Made by a program: the position numbers and the translations under genes
Notes under the pieces: model-generated
The model's database searches: none
What the model was told of the DNA's origin: nothing
Seen by the model: only the letters and a program-made list of their open reading frames with translations
Shown: piece by piece, positions 37,322-49,500 of the stretch
Layout: each line of letters opens with the position of its first letter
How positions within the stretch are numbered: position 1 is the stretch's first letter
Assembly: GCA_964621445.1 (NCBI GenBank)
Contig: CAZUNO010000003.1
Location: forward strand, 128,001 to 192,000
Length of the DNA stretch: 64,000 nucleotides
Source of the DNA: Candidatus Hadarchaeota archaeon
GTDB taxonomy: Archaea; CAYQAE01; CAYVLA01
Direction of reading: 5' to 3'

Positions 37322-40244
37322 TTGAAGCTGGCCTTGCCTTGGCATTTTGGATGGGCGATGGCCGGTTTGGTCTCCTTGACCATGGTGGTCCTGGTGTCTT
37401 CGGCCCAATGTTCAGGAGGAGGTTTGCCAGAATTGGAACTATACGTTTCCAAACAGGGGGATGACTCTTGGTCGGGCTCCCTTCCCGAGCCCAATGCGGA
37501 GGGAAATGATGGCCCCTTGGCAACCCTTGGACGGGCCCAGGCCGCGGTTCGGGAGGCCCGGGCCCAGGAGGACCGTCCGGTAAAGGTCATCATACGGGGT
37601 GGCACCTATCAGCTTACAAAGGCACTCACCTTCACCCCGGAAGATGGGGGCTCGGAAGATTCTCCGGTAACGTATGAAGCATACCCGGGGGAGGAGCCAA
37701 TATTCTCAGGTGGCAGCGAGATCGGAGGTTGGGAGAAGGGAAATGGCTCCGTATGGAGGACACGGGTACCTGAAGTTGAGAGCGGGGACTGGTATTTTCA
37801 CCAGCTTTTTGTGCAAGGAAACCGCGAAACTCGGGCAAGGACGCCAAATAAGGGCTACCTCAATATCGCCGATACCCTGAAACCACTTCTGGATCGGGAT
37901 AAGGCACTTCGAGAGAGAGGATACAAGATAGGTTTTCAGTACAGGGACCAGGACATAGAACACTGGGAGGGCATCGAGGACGTTAACATCTTTCTTTACC
38001 ATTCCTGGACCTGTTCGGTACACTGGATAGATAGTCTAAACCAGGAAAACCGGACCGTACGTTTCACAAATCCTTCCTCGAAACCGGTGGGTTACTGGGA
38101 CCCGGAGCAGCGCTATCACCTGGAGAACTATCTGGAGGCCCTTGACGCTCCCGGCGAGTGGTACCTGGATCGTAAGACCGGTGTCCTGCACTACTGGCCT
38201 CCTGATGGCAGGGACCCCAACGACTTGGAGATCGTGGCTCCCCGACTCCGCCACCTGGTCAGGATTCAGGGAGATCTATCCCAGGGTCGGACAGTGGACC
38301 ACCTGGTGTTCCGCGGTCTTTCATTCCAACATGCTGACTGGGAGCTGGACAGGGAGAGACGGGCCGACGGCCAGGCAGCTACCTTCCTCTCTGCAGCGGT
38401 TGTGGCTACCGGTGCCCGTAACTGCCTCTTCGAGGATTGTGAGATCTCCCATGTGGGCGAGTACGGTTTAATCCTGGGAGAGGGCTGCAAGCTCAACAAG
38501 GTGGTCAAGTGTGAGTTCCATGACCTGGGAGGCGGCGGGATTCGTATGGGGACTACCGGACTTCCCCAGGACCCGGAGAGGCAGACCGATCACAACACCG
38601 TCGATAACTGCTTCATCCATTCAGGGGGTCACGTGTTCAGGGCGGGAATAGGTGTTTGGATAGGCAAGAGCAGCTATAATAACGTGACCCATAATGAGAT
38701 CTGCGATTTCTATTACTCTGGATGCTCGGTTGGCTGGAGCTGGGGGTATGACCCGACCTCGGCCCACCACAATATCCTGGAGTACAATCACATCCACCAT
38801 CTTGGCAAGGGCGTTCTCAGCGATATGGGCGGAATATATACTCTGGGGATATCCCCCGGGACCAGGGAGAGATTCAACCTCATCCATGACATCTATTCCT
38901 ATACCTATGGTGGCTGGGGGCTGTATACCGATGAGGGCAGCTCCAATATTACACTGGAGGGAAATATCGTGTACAACACCAAGAGCGGGAGCTTCCACCA
39001 GCACTATGGTTGTTGTAATCAACTGCGTAACAATATTCTCGGTCCCGCCCTCGACTCCACCATCCGGCGTTCCCGGCAGGAGGACCACATATCCTTTACC
39101 ATGGAGAAAAACATCATCGTCAGCAGGGAGGGCAAGGTTCTGGGGGGATTCATGGGATAATCGGAAATATCGTATGGATTACAACCTGTACTGGGATGTA
39201 TATGGAATTCTAGGAGAGGACATGGATTTTGGAGGCATCGGCTTCGAGGAGTGGCAGGAACCGGGAAGGGATTACCACTCCCTGGTGGCTGACCCCATGT
39301 TCGTTGATCCAGGAAACCACGACTACAGGTTGAATGAGCAATCCCCGGCCCTGACCATGGGTTTTGAGCCCATTGATGTCGAAAAGATCGGTCTTTACAG
39401 CGAGGAGAGTTGGGTTCAGGCCCCCGAGGCCGTTTCCAGGGAGCCCGTATTCGGGTTCTCTCCTCCCTTGCTCAGGGAGGGTCCCGTCTCCCACCCAGAA
39501 AACCTTTCGAAAAGTGACATGTGGATCATCAAGTACGATCCTGAAAAGGGAAGGGGTACGATTCCTCGGGACACCGAGGAATGCGCCCTGGTCTGGACCA
39601 TAGACGGGGGGAGGTACCCGTCCACCACGCCTCCGGGAAGCCAGGAGGTTAACGGGAGCTGCGAGAGCCCGATGAAGAGGGGCCTGGACGGTAGGTGGTA
39701 CCTTATAATACCCGAACAGAAGCTTGGGGCCATATCCCTGAGCTTCAGGGATGGAGTCAGAGGGGAGAACTGGGACGATAACCGGGGAGAGAGGTGGTGG
39801 ATCACATCCAGCGATTACGTTCACAGCTTACTAGTAGAATTCGACCGGGTTATAGCCAATGGATCCAAATACGGGGCAGACATGTCCTCGTTTGAGGGCG
39901 CGGCCTCGGAAGCCTGGGAGGACTATAGATCCGGTGAATACGGGAAGGCCATGAATCACCTGAGCGGCGAGGTTAACCGGGCCTGGATCCGGTACACGGA
40001 CCGGTTGCTCGAATTCACAGCTAGTGAGCTGGAGTCAATTCGCTCCACCGGGGTAAACCTGGGCAGGGAGGAACGCCTCCTGTACCTGGCGGAGCTGATG
40101 AAGGGACAGGGAAAGTTCGGTGTTGCCGAGGGTTACTGCAAGAATGTTCTCTCGGAACTCTTGGAGATAAGGGATATGATACCTGAGGGTGCATTATTCT
40201 TGGCATTCATAACCCTACTTGTGGCCCGGAGGTTGATCAATTGA
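37322..40244 (+). pseudogene. Secreted right-handed beta-helix (pectate lyase/GH141-like) protein, frameshifted at G6 tract 39142-39147
   Basis: YVS..G.D.W.G, LDAPGEWY and SDMGGIYTLG in the first ORF; continuation SWDNRKYRMDYNLYW...ADPMFVDP in another frame; ends IPE plus TM plus RR. Confidence 0.8.
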
Positions 40245-40249
40245 GGCCT

Positions 40250-41203
40250 TTAGAAAGGATGGCGGTTATTGAGCCCGCCCATTATTTCCAGTTTTATCTC
40301 GGGCTTCCGGATGATGAGTTTTCGGACATACTGCTGGGGTACGTCCCCTCCCGATACTGCGGGCACTCCCAGATACTTCGTTTCGAAGGTTTTGACTCCT
40401 CCCCGCATGGTATTCACCGGTTTCTGATAATCTACCTCACTGAGGCTTTGCCCGAAGAGCTTCAATCCCTTGGTATAGTAGTGAATGTACCACACTCCTC
40501 CCCCGATGTCCATGCGCACACCCCCCAATAGGAAGTGCTTGAAAGCTACGGTATTTTCATCGATATGGAAGGTACCGTCCTGCTGGGTTACCGTTAATCC
40601 CCACTGCCTAATACCGGATTTATAACCGCCTATCTACTCCGGTATTTTGAGCTCGGGGTATTTGTGGTACAGATCGACATGGATTATAAGCCCCTCGATG
40701 GGAGGGCTCACCTTTCCCTCTATTTTTATTTCTCCTGGGTTGGTATAGGTGTTTGGCTTCGGCTCGGTTATCGAGATCTGGACCTTGCTCCGGCTCAATT
40801 CCAATTTGGCGGTTGCCTTGAGCCCATCGCCTGAGGCCGTTATCTCTATCTCTCGAGTACCTAGGTCACTGCTCCTGCGGATCTTTACCGCCGCCTGGGC
40901 CCTGAAAGGTGGGACTTTTCTTCTCGGCTTGATCTCGCTTCTGCTCAGATACACCCCTTCGCCGCAGGAGAGGGAAATGCTTGCCGCCCCGGGGATATCA
41001 CCCTCCGCGATGATCTCAAACTCCTGGGTGATGTATGGTCTGTCCGGGTCCCGGCTCAGGTCGCTGAGGTCCAGATTTACCTCGCTTGGTTTCACACTCA
41101 CTGATAGCTCCTGCCCGGACACTACTGATAGTGAGAGTACTAAGGCGAGGCACAGCAAGAGGTATTGGAGTGAACCCGAGGGTGGATCTATGGGTGAGGC
41201 CAT
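40250..41203 (-). pseudogene. Secreted Ig-like protein interrupted by an in-frame TAG (40634-40636) and apparently truncated
   Basis: ORFs 40634-41203 and 40250-40528 share one frame, separated by a single TAG. Confidence 0.6.
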
Positions 41204-41291
41204 GGTACATTAAGATGGGAAGATCGAATATATACACTATGTATGGTTGAGCATGGGATAATCCTATAAAGCAAGTTGATGTAGTGAGAAC

Positions 41292-42404
41292 ATGGAACTG
41301 TTTGTAGGCGATGAGTCCATCAAGAGGGCAATAAGGGAGAGCATTGCCTACGGTCAACCCGTTAGGGACATCTCTATTCTGGGTGAAGAGCTAGAGCCCG
41401 CCTCAACCGAGATTGACCCCCACTCGGGGGACAATGCCTGCATGCTAAGCGGGGGAGTTGACTCGAGCTTGGTGGCATGTATGTTGGCCGAGGTGGGCGA
41501 AGTGACCGCCTATACCCTGACCTTTGGAAAGGAAACCGATGAGGCCGTTTATGCAAAAAAGGTGGCGGAAATACTTGGAATCGAGCACGTGGAAATCAGG
41601 AATACCACCGAGGAATTCATAGGCAATTATGAGGAAATTTCTACCTTCCAACCTCATGCGAGGCCAGCATACTGGGCAGTAATGGGGGCCGTGAAGGAGG
41701 ACGGGTATGATAAACTTTACTCCGGCGAGGGGGGAGACGAGCTCTTCCTGGGATACGTCACGAGATATGAGAGAATCAGGCGTTATCAGAGATGGAAAGC
41801 GGTCAGACCCTTACTGGGACTGGGGACTTTTCTTCCCGGCAAGTATGGTAGATACGCGTGGATCATGAGCAGGAGGACATGGGCGGAGTTCATGGCAGCA
41901 AATGACACTAAGGTGAAGGACATGTATTACCCGGAGGGTTTCAAGGAACTATGGCATCAGGACTGCATCGTGTCCAGTATGAGATGGGACTACCTGAAGC
42001 TGAGACACTATGTGGACACCATCAACCGTATGAGCAGAGAAAGCGGGGTAAAGGCGGTGTTCCCCATCATGGCCAATGAATTCTTGCCAGAGAAATGGCG
42101 AGAGTATAGATGGAAGGAGCATTGTGGAAAGAAGCCCCTAGTTAGGAGGCTGAAGGAATATAGCCCGGAGATAGCCAAGATAGCCACCCGCGAAAAACAG
42201 GGATTCCGCCCCCCAGGGATAAGGGAGAGGTGGAGAGCCGGCATGGGTCAAAGGATAATGTCCGATCTACGCGACTCGCCCATAAGGTCTCTTGCAAGTA
42301 GGGAACTAGATCTGGCTATAGAAAAAGGCCCGGATAACGACATGCAAAGACGAGCACTCACCGAGATGTATACCATAAATAGATTCCTTACCCACCGGGG
42401 TTAA
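41292..42404 (+). CDS. Asparagine synthase C-terminal-domain protein (no glutaminase domain)
   Basis: LSGGVDSS, SGEGGDELFLGY and REKQGF. Confidence 0.8.
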   Translation: MELFVGDESIKRAIRESIAYGQPVRDISILGEELEPASTEIDPHSGDNACMLSGGVDSSLVACMLAEVGEVTAYTLTFGKETDEAVYAKKVAEILGIEHVEIRNTTEEFIGNYEEISTFQPHARPAYWAVMGAVKEDGYDKLYSGEGGDELFLGYVTRYERIRRYQRWKAVRPLLGLGTFLPGKYGRYAWIMSRRTWAEFMAANDTKVKDMYYPEGFKELWHQDCIVSSMRWDYLKLRHYVDTINRMSRESGVKAVFPIMANEFLPEKWREYRWKEHCGKKPLVRRLKEYSPEIAKIATREKQGFRPPGIRERWRAGMGQRIMSDLRDSPIRSLASRELDLAIEKGPDNDMQRRALTEMYTINRFLTHRG

Positions 42405-42439
42405 GCCTTTTCCGTGTTCTCTTCTGGATTGGTAAATTC

Positions 42440-42988
42440 TCAGGCAAAGGCCTTGAACATTTCCTTGCGGGCCTTGCATATTGGACATGTGTCGGGAGCC
42501 TCGCCTTCCACGGTGAATCCGCACCCCTCGCAAACCTGGATGGGTCCTATGTCGAGGTCTTTTCCCTCCTCGACGGCCTCTTTCGCCCGTTTGTAAAGGA
42601 CGAGATGGATCTTCTCCACCTTGAATGCCCACTCCATGCCCCCGGCTGCCGCGTCCTCTCCCTGGAACCTGGCGGCGTCGATATAGACCGGGTACATCTC
42701 CTCGACCTCAAAGGTCTCCCCCTCTATGGCAATATCGAGGTTCTTGGAGGTATCGCCTGGACCGAATCCTGCTCCCGAGACCACCGAATAAGAGTCCTTA
42801 AGATGGCCCAGGTTATGGAAGTGAAGTCCGGCGTGGACCTTCTCGGCGTGGCTGATTGCCTTGAACAGCCGGGCCACATTTGGTAATTCCTCTTCAGCAG
42901 CTATATCAGAGAACAGCAGGTAACGCATGTGGGCCTGGCTTTCCCCACCAAATGCACTCATGAGGTTTGTCTGGGTCATGGCCTTCAT
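42440..42988 (-). CDS. rbr: Rubrerythrin
   Basis: AFGGESQA, AEKVHA, GETFE..MYP, EKIH and C-terminal CEGCG...CPIC. Confidence 0.95.
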   Translation of the reverse strand: MKAMTQTNLMSAFGGESQAHMRYLLFSDIAAEEELPNVARLFKAISHAEKVHAGLHFHNLGHLKDSYSVVSGAGFGPGDTSKNLDIAIEGETFEVEEMYPVYIDAARFQGEDAAAGGMEWAFKVEKIHLVLYKRAKEAVEEGKDLDIGPIQVCEGCGFTVEGEAPDTCPICKARKEMFKAFA

Positions 42989-43537
42989 TTTGATCGCTAT
43001 CCGGGCAGAGAGTGATTGCTATTAAAGTTGACAAAAGGAAACTTCCTTGTCACATTATTGACATCCTTTTGGATTCTTACCGGCTTTCATGCGCACGCCT
43101 GGCTATGTTTGGCCTGGTAGAAATTCGAGTGAGATGCTTGTAGTGTTCTGATGTCAGATATTGGAATCCTCCAAAGTGACGGGGGCCCTGCTTTCCATAA
43201 ACCAATCGATGCTGGAGAGCCTTCGGTCCCCACCTGTCGACAAGCTCGAGCGTATCATAGGTGACACCGCCGATGCGATGTCGCGCGTTCGAGAAGGTTA
43301 AGGAAACTTCGACAGTGGCGTCATCGATATGAATCGGAAAGGATGGTTGGGACCATTTCTAATACCTGTCATAGGGCCTCGCGTCGGAGGTCCAGTACTT
43401 TGTTACACATCGGTGCTCTTGGAGTGCTTTCTCGAGGATCATTCTGTTAGAATCAAACCTGATAACCGGCGGATGGCTAGAGGTCCTAGTTACCCGTCAA
43501 ACATCGGGCATTGGAAACCAATTGGTGGCTTCTTGGT

Positions 43538-46500
43538 CTAAGCCTTTTCGTTAGTTCTTCCGACTCTTATGATCGTTCTTTGGAGGGCCCAACCTGAACC
43601 CAGGAGAAGCAGCAGCACGGCGGCGGGTTCCGGCACCGGGGTCCACACTACGGGCTCGGTGGATACTCCATCATGAGAAACGTACATTACGATCGATGAT
43701 ATATCGGATAGAAGGAACGAGCAGGTTTCTCCCAGTTCGATGAGTCCCCCGGGAGATAGGGTCTCAAACCCTTTGGCCTCCCGCCAGACCGTGTTGCCCG
43801 ATTTGTCCCGGGCTATGAACACCCCGCTGCCGGATAATTCGGTCCGCCCGGTATTTTGAACGGTAATGGACATGCCTGAAATATTTCCGTTCCCCGTCTC
43901 AACTTCATGTTCCGTTAGCTCGCAGGATGGAAGGCCCACCTGGAGGTCCGCGGTTCTTCGATCAAACACCTGACCCTCCAAATTCTTTATTTCAGCCTCA
44001 ACGTAGTAATGCCCGGGCTCGACCTGGGGGTGCCAGGTTAGGCCGCAGGATGCAGGTCCCTTAAGGTTACTGAGTGTCTGGAGAAGAAGACCTTCTACTA
44101 GATCCCCGTTTTCGATTCGTCTGATGCAGATATCGGTAACCAGGTCCAGGGCGTATCCGGAGTTCTGGATAGAGATCTCCACGTCCACGCTCTCCCCAAT
44201 ATCGTATTGGGCCCTGTCCGTATCCAGAGTTATTATTGAGACATCCGATTGGGTATAATCGACCTCGAATGTGAAGGTGGACCAGACCATGGATTCCCCG
44301 GTTGAGGGGTCGTACTGGAAGGGAAACACCTGCAGGACCAGTTCGCTAGCTCCGTCCGGTTTCTCGATCTCTGTCCATCGATAGTCCGACCCAGGATACC
44401 ATCCCCCTTCAGCCAAAGTGGAATCGCTGCCAATCCCGCCTCTGAAGTCATTCGTCGTCAGGGGTAGATGGAGACCGGACTGTCTAGTAAGTCCGGTTTT
44501 TTCGGTGAGCTCGACGCTCTGTACCTTTGTTCGGACCGGGCAGGAGAAGGACTGGACGTAATATGGTATCTGGGGCCTGTCCCTTTCCATATAAGTCCAA
44601 CCGCCGGGGATATCAACATGATCGAAGCCCTCAAGCTCGGTAACCGTGTATTGAGGAACGGTCACAACCAGTTCGGGTGAGAGGGTCTCCCCGCCTTCCC
44701 TGGAATTTGAGGAAAGGGAGGGGACGGCACCGAACTTCGGGTCCCCGTATATATTGTACTCCCAGGCGAAGAGATTGCCGTATTTGTCAGTCCCGTACCT
44801 GTTCCGCTCGGTTTCGAGGAAGGCCTTGCCGATGGATTCTGTTGTGTCCCAGTTGTTGAAGATGTGGTTACCCGCCTTGGAATCCTGTTTCATGGGGGCG
44901 AGCTGGGTTGAACCAATATACACGACTGCTCCTGAGTTCAGGAAACCTTCGGCTATATTGTAATCATCACCTGATTCGTAGTTCCCGGTCAGGCAGGATA
45001 GGGCGATGACCGCGGGCGATGCTTGCCCGAAATCCAGGGGGAAATCGTTAGGGTTGCTCCACGAGGAGGAGCTGGTTTTAAGTCCACACTGGATATCGTC
45101 CCATTCATCCAGGTTTCCGTGACCTCTGAAGCAGATCAAATCCTGGTCAAGGATGCTTTGTTTGAAGGCGGATGCCTTCTGGTCGTGGGTGGAGTACCAC
45201 TTTAAATGAAGTTCGGAGGCGGTAAGTCCCTTGCCCTTCAGTACCTTGACCAAGTTCGTGACATCATTGACGAAGGTCCCCTGTTTGTATCCGGTTCCAC
45301 TCACCAGCAGGGCGTGGGATCGATCGTAGCTAGACCCTCCCTGGCCGAGGTGGACGTATATGCTGTGATTTATGGTGGCCGTAAGCTCCTCCAGGGTGTT
45401 CCCGATTACCCTGCCAACTATGAGATCCGGTACGCCGTTACCGGTGGTGTCGGAGTAGGGATGGTCGCTCAGCGGGACATCCTTGGTATTTGGGGCGTTG
45501 TTCCATTCTATATCGAAGCCGTATTGGTGCCATGACGGTACCAGTTCGGTCTCACCGACGATGAGCAGGTAGCCATGCCCCAGTTTTGAGAAGGAGGGGC
45601 TGAGCTTCTTGTTCCAGGCCCCCTGGGAACCGATGACCTTGTCAAAAGCGGAGGCGCTGTTGGTGTCCAGGTATCCCAAAGTTCCATGTTTCAACATGGC
45701 CAGTCTTGCCATGGTGCTGAGAAGGTTCTGCGCGTCCTGCTTGTTATAGTAGTAAATTGCCCTGAAGGGGTTGGTCACAATCAGGTAATTGGAGGCCTCA
45801 AGAGCCTTATCATAGGCGGCTTGTAAGGTCTGCCCCCCTGTGGTATACTTTACCGAGCTCCAGGTTGAGCTGTGCTCGCTTCCCTTTAGTGACTCGTACC
45901 ATAATTTGAGCTTGCCGATCTCTGGGGTCGGTTGATTGCTCTGTAGCATGACGGGGACGGCCTTGTAGGTGAAGGTTCGAGATTTCCCAACGTCTATATC
46001 ATCCTCAACAAGGATTAGGCAGTACCACCACTTTGCCGACGGATTGTATTCGGCGAGGATGTCGGCGGTTGAGCTGTTGCTGGAGATGGGCTGGAGCAGC
46101 CTAAGGTAATCCTGGAGGATGATCCCTGTTGCGTTGCCCTTGCCGACGTTCTTCACGGTTATCTTCATGGTGAAAACGTTCTGGTTTCTGGTTAGCTCCC
46201 TTGAGGTAACCACCAGCTTTGGCTCCATCTTTGGCGTGGCAGGGAGCAGTATGTCCAAAGTATCCAATCCCATCTTTAGGTCGACATCGTATGCCATGAT
46301 CCCGATGCGGTATTCCTTTCCCTTGGGCACCGGTTTTATGTACCATTTGAACTCTATGTTTGCCGTTTTTGGGTTGGAGGGGAACCCCTCAGTCTGGATG
46401 AGATTCCCGTCGACATACACCTGGGCGGTGCTCAGCCCATTTTGATCTGAGATATCTGCCCAAACCGTAAGGTATTCCTCGGAGCGAGTCCATGAGCAAA

Positions 46501-49500
46501 TTGAAACATAGGGGGCGGTGGGATCTGGTGTGTTCTTGGCCCGGACCTTGGCGGAGTCCTCTGCTGCTTTCCCGTATCCATCGTAAGCCTTCGCGGTTAT
46601 GGTGTAATTACCATCGAGGAATCTAGGGGTGTCAAAGGGCCAGCGATAGGGTGGAGAGTAGTCGGTGAAAGTCTGGACGCCGTCTACGTAGAACTCCACC
46701 TTCTCCACGCCCACGTTGTCCGTGGCCTCGGCGAGGACCGTTTTGGTTCCATTCAAGGTACCCTCGAGTGGGAGAAGTTCTATTAAGGGTTCCTCGTTAT
46801 CTGGGATGGGAAGAGTTGAGAAAAGCCCTGCCTCCGAGGCGGTATTTCCATCCACATCCATGGATATGGCCAGGAAATGGTAGGTGGTAGAGGGTTCAAG
46901 ACCGGTAAGGTTTATGGAATGGATCTTGTTATTTCCCCTGTGGGATTCCGAGTAACCATAAATCCTGGAGACGGTATCGTATCTCACGGTGCCGTTGGCC
47001 GATTCATCGGTGACCCACTCCACTATGGCCCAGTTCGTTTCACATTTCACCGAGGGACCGCTTGTGAACCTTGGTGGGGTATTTGAATCCCCGATAGGTA
47101 CAAAGGTGGCCTTGAGAGAATAGTTACCATATACCGTAAAGGTGGTGTCGGGGGACTCGACGTTTTCCACGGTGTCGACATCGCCGGTCCATAAAGAGAA
47201 CTCGTGGTCCTGTGAGGGAGAGGCCGACAGGGAAACGTTTTCCCCGCTATCGAAGGTTAAGTTCCCGGTGCCAGGTGAGGAAACGGTGCCGTTGGGACAT
47301 GTTTCTATCTGAACCACGTGCCGGGCTTCCTTGGTTGCACAGAAACCGTAAGTTTCGCCGGGAGAAACCCTTACGCCGGCCATCGCAGCCTTGGTCTGGG
47401 TGAAGAGGTACCCCTCATACTTCTCGAGGATCCCCACCAGGATGCCTCCGGAGAAATCGATGTATAGCTCGATCTTGTGGTCCGGGCCCCAGGATTGGGG
47501 CATGGGATGGGATGGAGTCCTGACATACCCCCATGCGTTGAAGCTTTCCCCATCGGGGGTCGTGTATCTACCTTCCACGTTGGGACCGGTTGAATATGAT
47601 GCCGTGCTGGGCCAGAGTTCCAGGGTGCCTTGTACCCCGTTTACGGTAAAGTCATAGGTTCCCAGGAAATCAGAAAGAACGATGGTTCCCGGAGCCCCCG
47701 TTTCATATGAGATCTCCTGGTTCTTGAGCGCATAGAATCCGTAGGGGGTTCCATGCCACCAGGTCTTGCCGGCCATGCCGTCCAGGGTCTGGGTGAAGAG
47801 ATAGGCCTCGAAGACCTGGTCGTCTCCGGCGGAGGGGGTGTCCTGGAAATCGAGCTTGAACTGGAACTGGAACTTGTGGTCTGGTCCCCAGGAAGGTGAA
47901 AGCCTGTATTTCCAGGTGTTCATCCTTCCCTGCACGTCATGGGTTTTTCCATCGGAGGCCGTGTAGTTGCCCTTGATGTTGGGAGTGCCCTCTATCGCGT
48001 CGCCATTTGCCTCCCATAGATCTAGATTTCCGAGCCATCCATCGTGGACCATGCTCCAGTTCCCGATGGCGTCCTTCCTCTGGGTTGGGGATATCCCGCC
48101 TATGCGCAGGGAGGGGTCCCCGAAAAGCTGGAACTTCTGCGCGTGGTGGTAGTAGGCCTGCGATCTCCAAGTTGAGGTCCACAGAGGGTTGATGCCGAAA
48201 TCCTCCTGTATGTACTCATAGAGCGCTCGATTCCATATATCACCCATGATGGCCGGTTTGCTGGAGTAGGTATATGCCTCGAAGAAGTGCCTATCGAGGG
48301 TTAATCCCGCCGGCTGTGAGCCCGTGTAGCAGCCTATGTAGCCTATGGCCCCCACATCTCGTTTCACAAGGAAGAACTCGGCCAGGGAATCCGAGTCGTA
48401 GTTTCTGGTTGCGTTCCTCTGGATGGCCGCGGGAACGGGGGGATCGACTGCGTTGGGGTTCTTGGGCCAGCATCGGCTGTCGTTCCATCCACAGCAGGGA
48501 GGACACTCGACGGAGGGGTCGAATTCCTTTCCATTCACGTCAAGATGCTTGCCTTGGTAGTGGAAGTGTGCGGTGCTGCATGCCGCGGCAAACACCACTG
48601 GCAGCCGGTCCGCGTTGTCTAGCTTTACCGGGAAGGAGACGTACACATCGCCGCGCTGGGTTCCGTTTCTTTCGTCTCCCACGAAATTTACGATGCCCGA
48701 GGTGTTTCCCCACCTGAAATTTCCGGTAAGTGGGGTTTCATTACCCGCGCAGAAATTCGTGGTCCAGGTGCGGGCGGGCTGGAACTTAGACCCTGAGGAT
48801 AGAGACACCCAGACCTTTCCGGCTTCTTTTCTGGTGAAGGCTATGATATCGTCACTGCCATCGCCGTTGAAGTCACCGACCCCTGGCTCCTGGGACGGGT
48901 AGCAGAAGTTGCCGTGCCATAGGTCTGGAGACCCGAATTTGGTGCCGGTGGAGAGGGCAACGTGAACGTTGGCCGCTGACCGCTTGAAGGTGATGATGTC
49001 GTCCTTTCCGTCGCCGTCGAAGTCGCCTATCATGGGGATCTCGCTCCCCCAGGAGAAGCTCCCGTGCCAGAGCTTCCCTGGTAGGAAGGAGGTTCCGTTG
49101 GAGAGAGATACGTACACGTCGTTGGCGGCTGAACCCGACTTGGTGCCCTTGATGAAGGTGATGATGTCGTCCTTCCCGTCGCCGTTGAAGTCCCCGACCT
49201 CCGGCCACTCTCCCGGGAGGCAGAAGTAGTTCTGCCATTTCTGCTGGGTTCCGAAGCTCGAGCCCGTGGAGAGGGCCACGTGGACCTCGGATACATTTCT
49301 GTGGAAGCAGGCTATGTCGTCCTTCCCGTCGCCGTTGAAGTCCCCGACTCTTGGTATCTCGCCCCCCGGACAGAGGTTCCCGTGCCAGATTTGACCGGGA
49401 CCGAAGTTGGACCCGGTCGAGATTGCGACGTATACATCACCCTGGGCGGAGCCCTTACCCGAGTCCCTAAGGAAACAGGCGATATCATCCCTACCATCCC

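Noticed and set aside
38694-39140. First ~150 aa of the 516 aa ORF as a separate gene
   Set aside because: It is the off-frame shadow of the beta-helix gene; only the part after the G6 frameshift is protein-like
40634-40645. IPE at the end of the 189 aa ORF as a sorting signal
   Set aside because: No transmembrane helix or basic tail follows, even when the TAG is read through
43078-43442. Minus-strand frame MILEKALQEH...RY*KWSQPSF...ESR with one internal TAG
   Set aside because: No recognisable motifs; one stop in ~120 codons can arise by chance; at most a decayed gene
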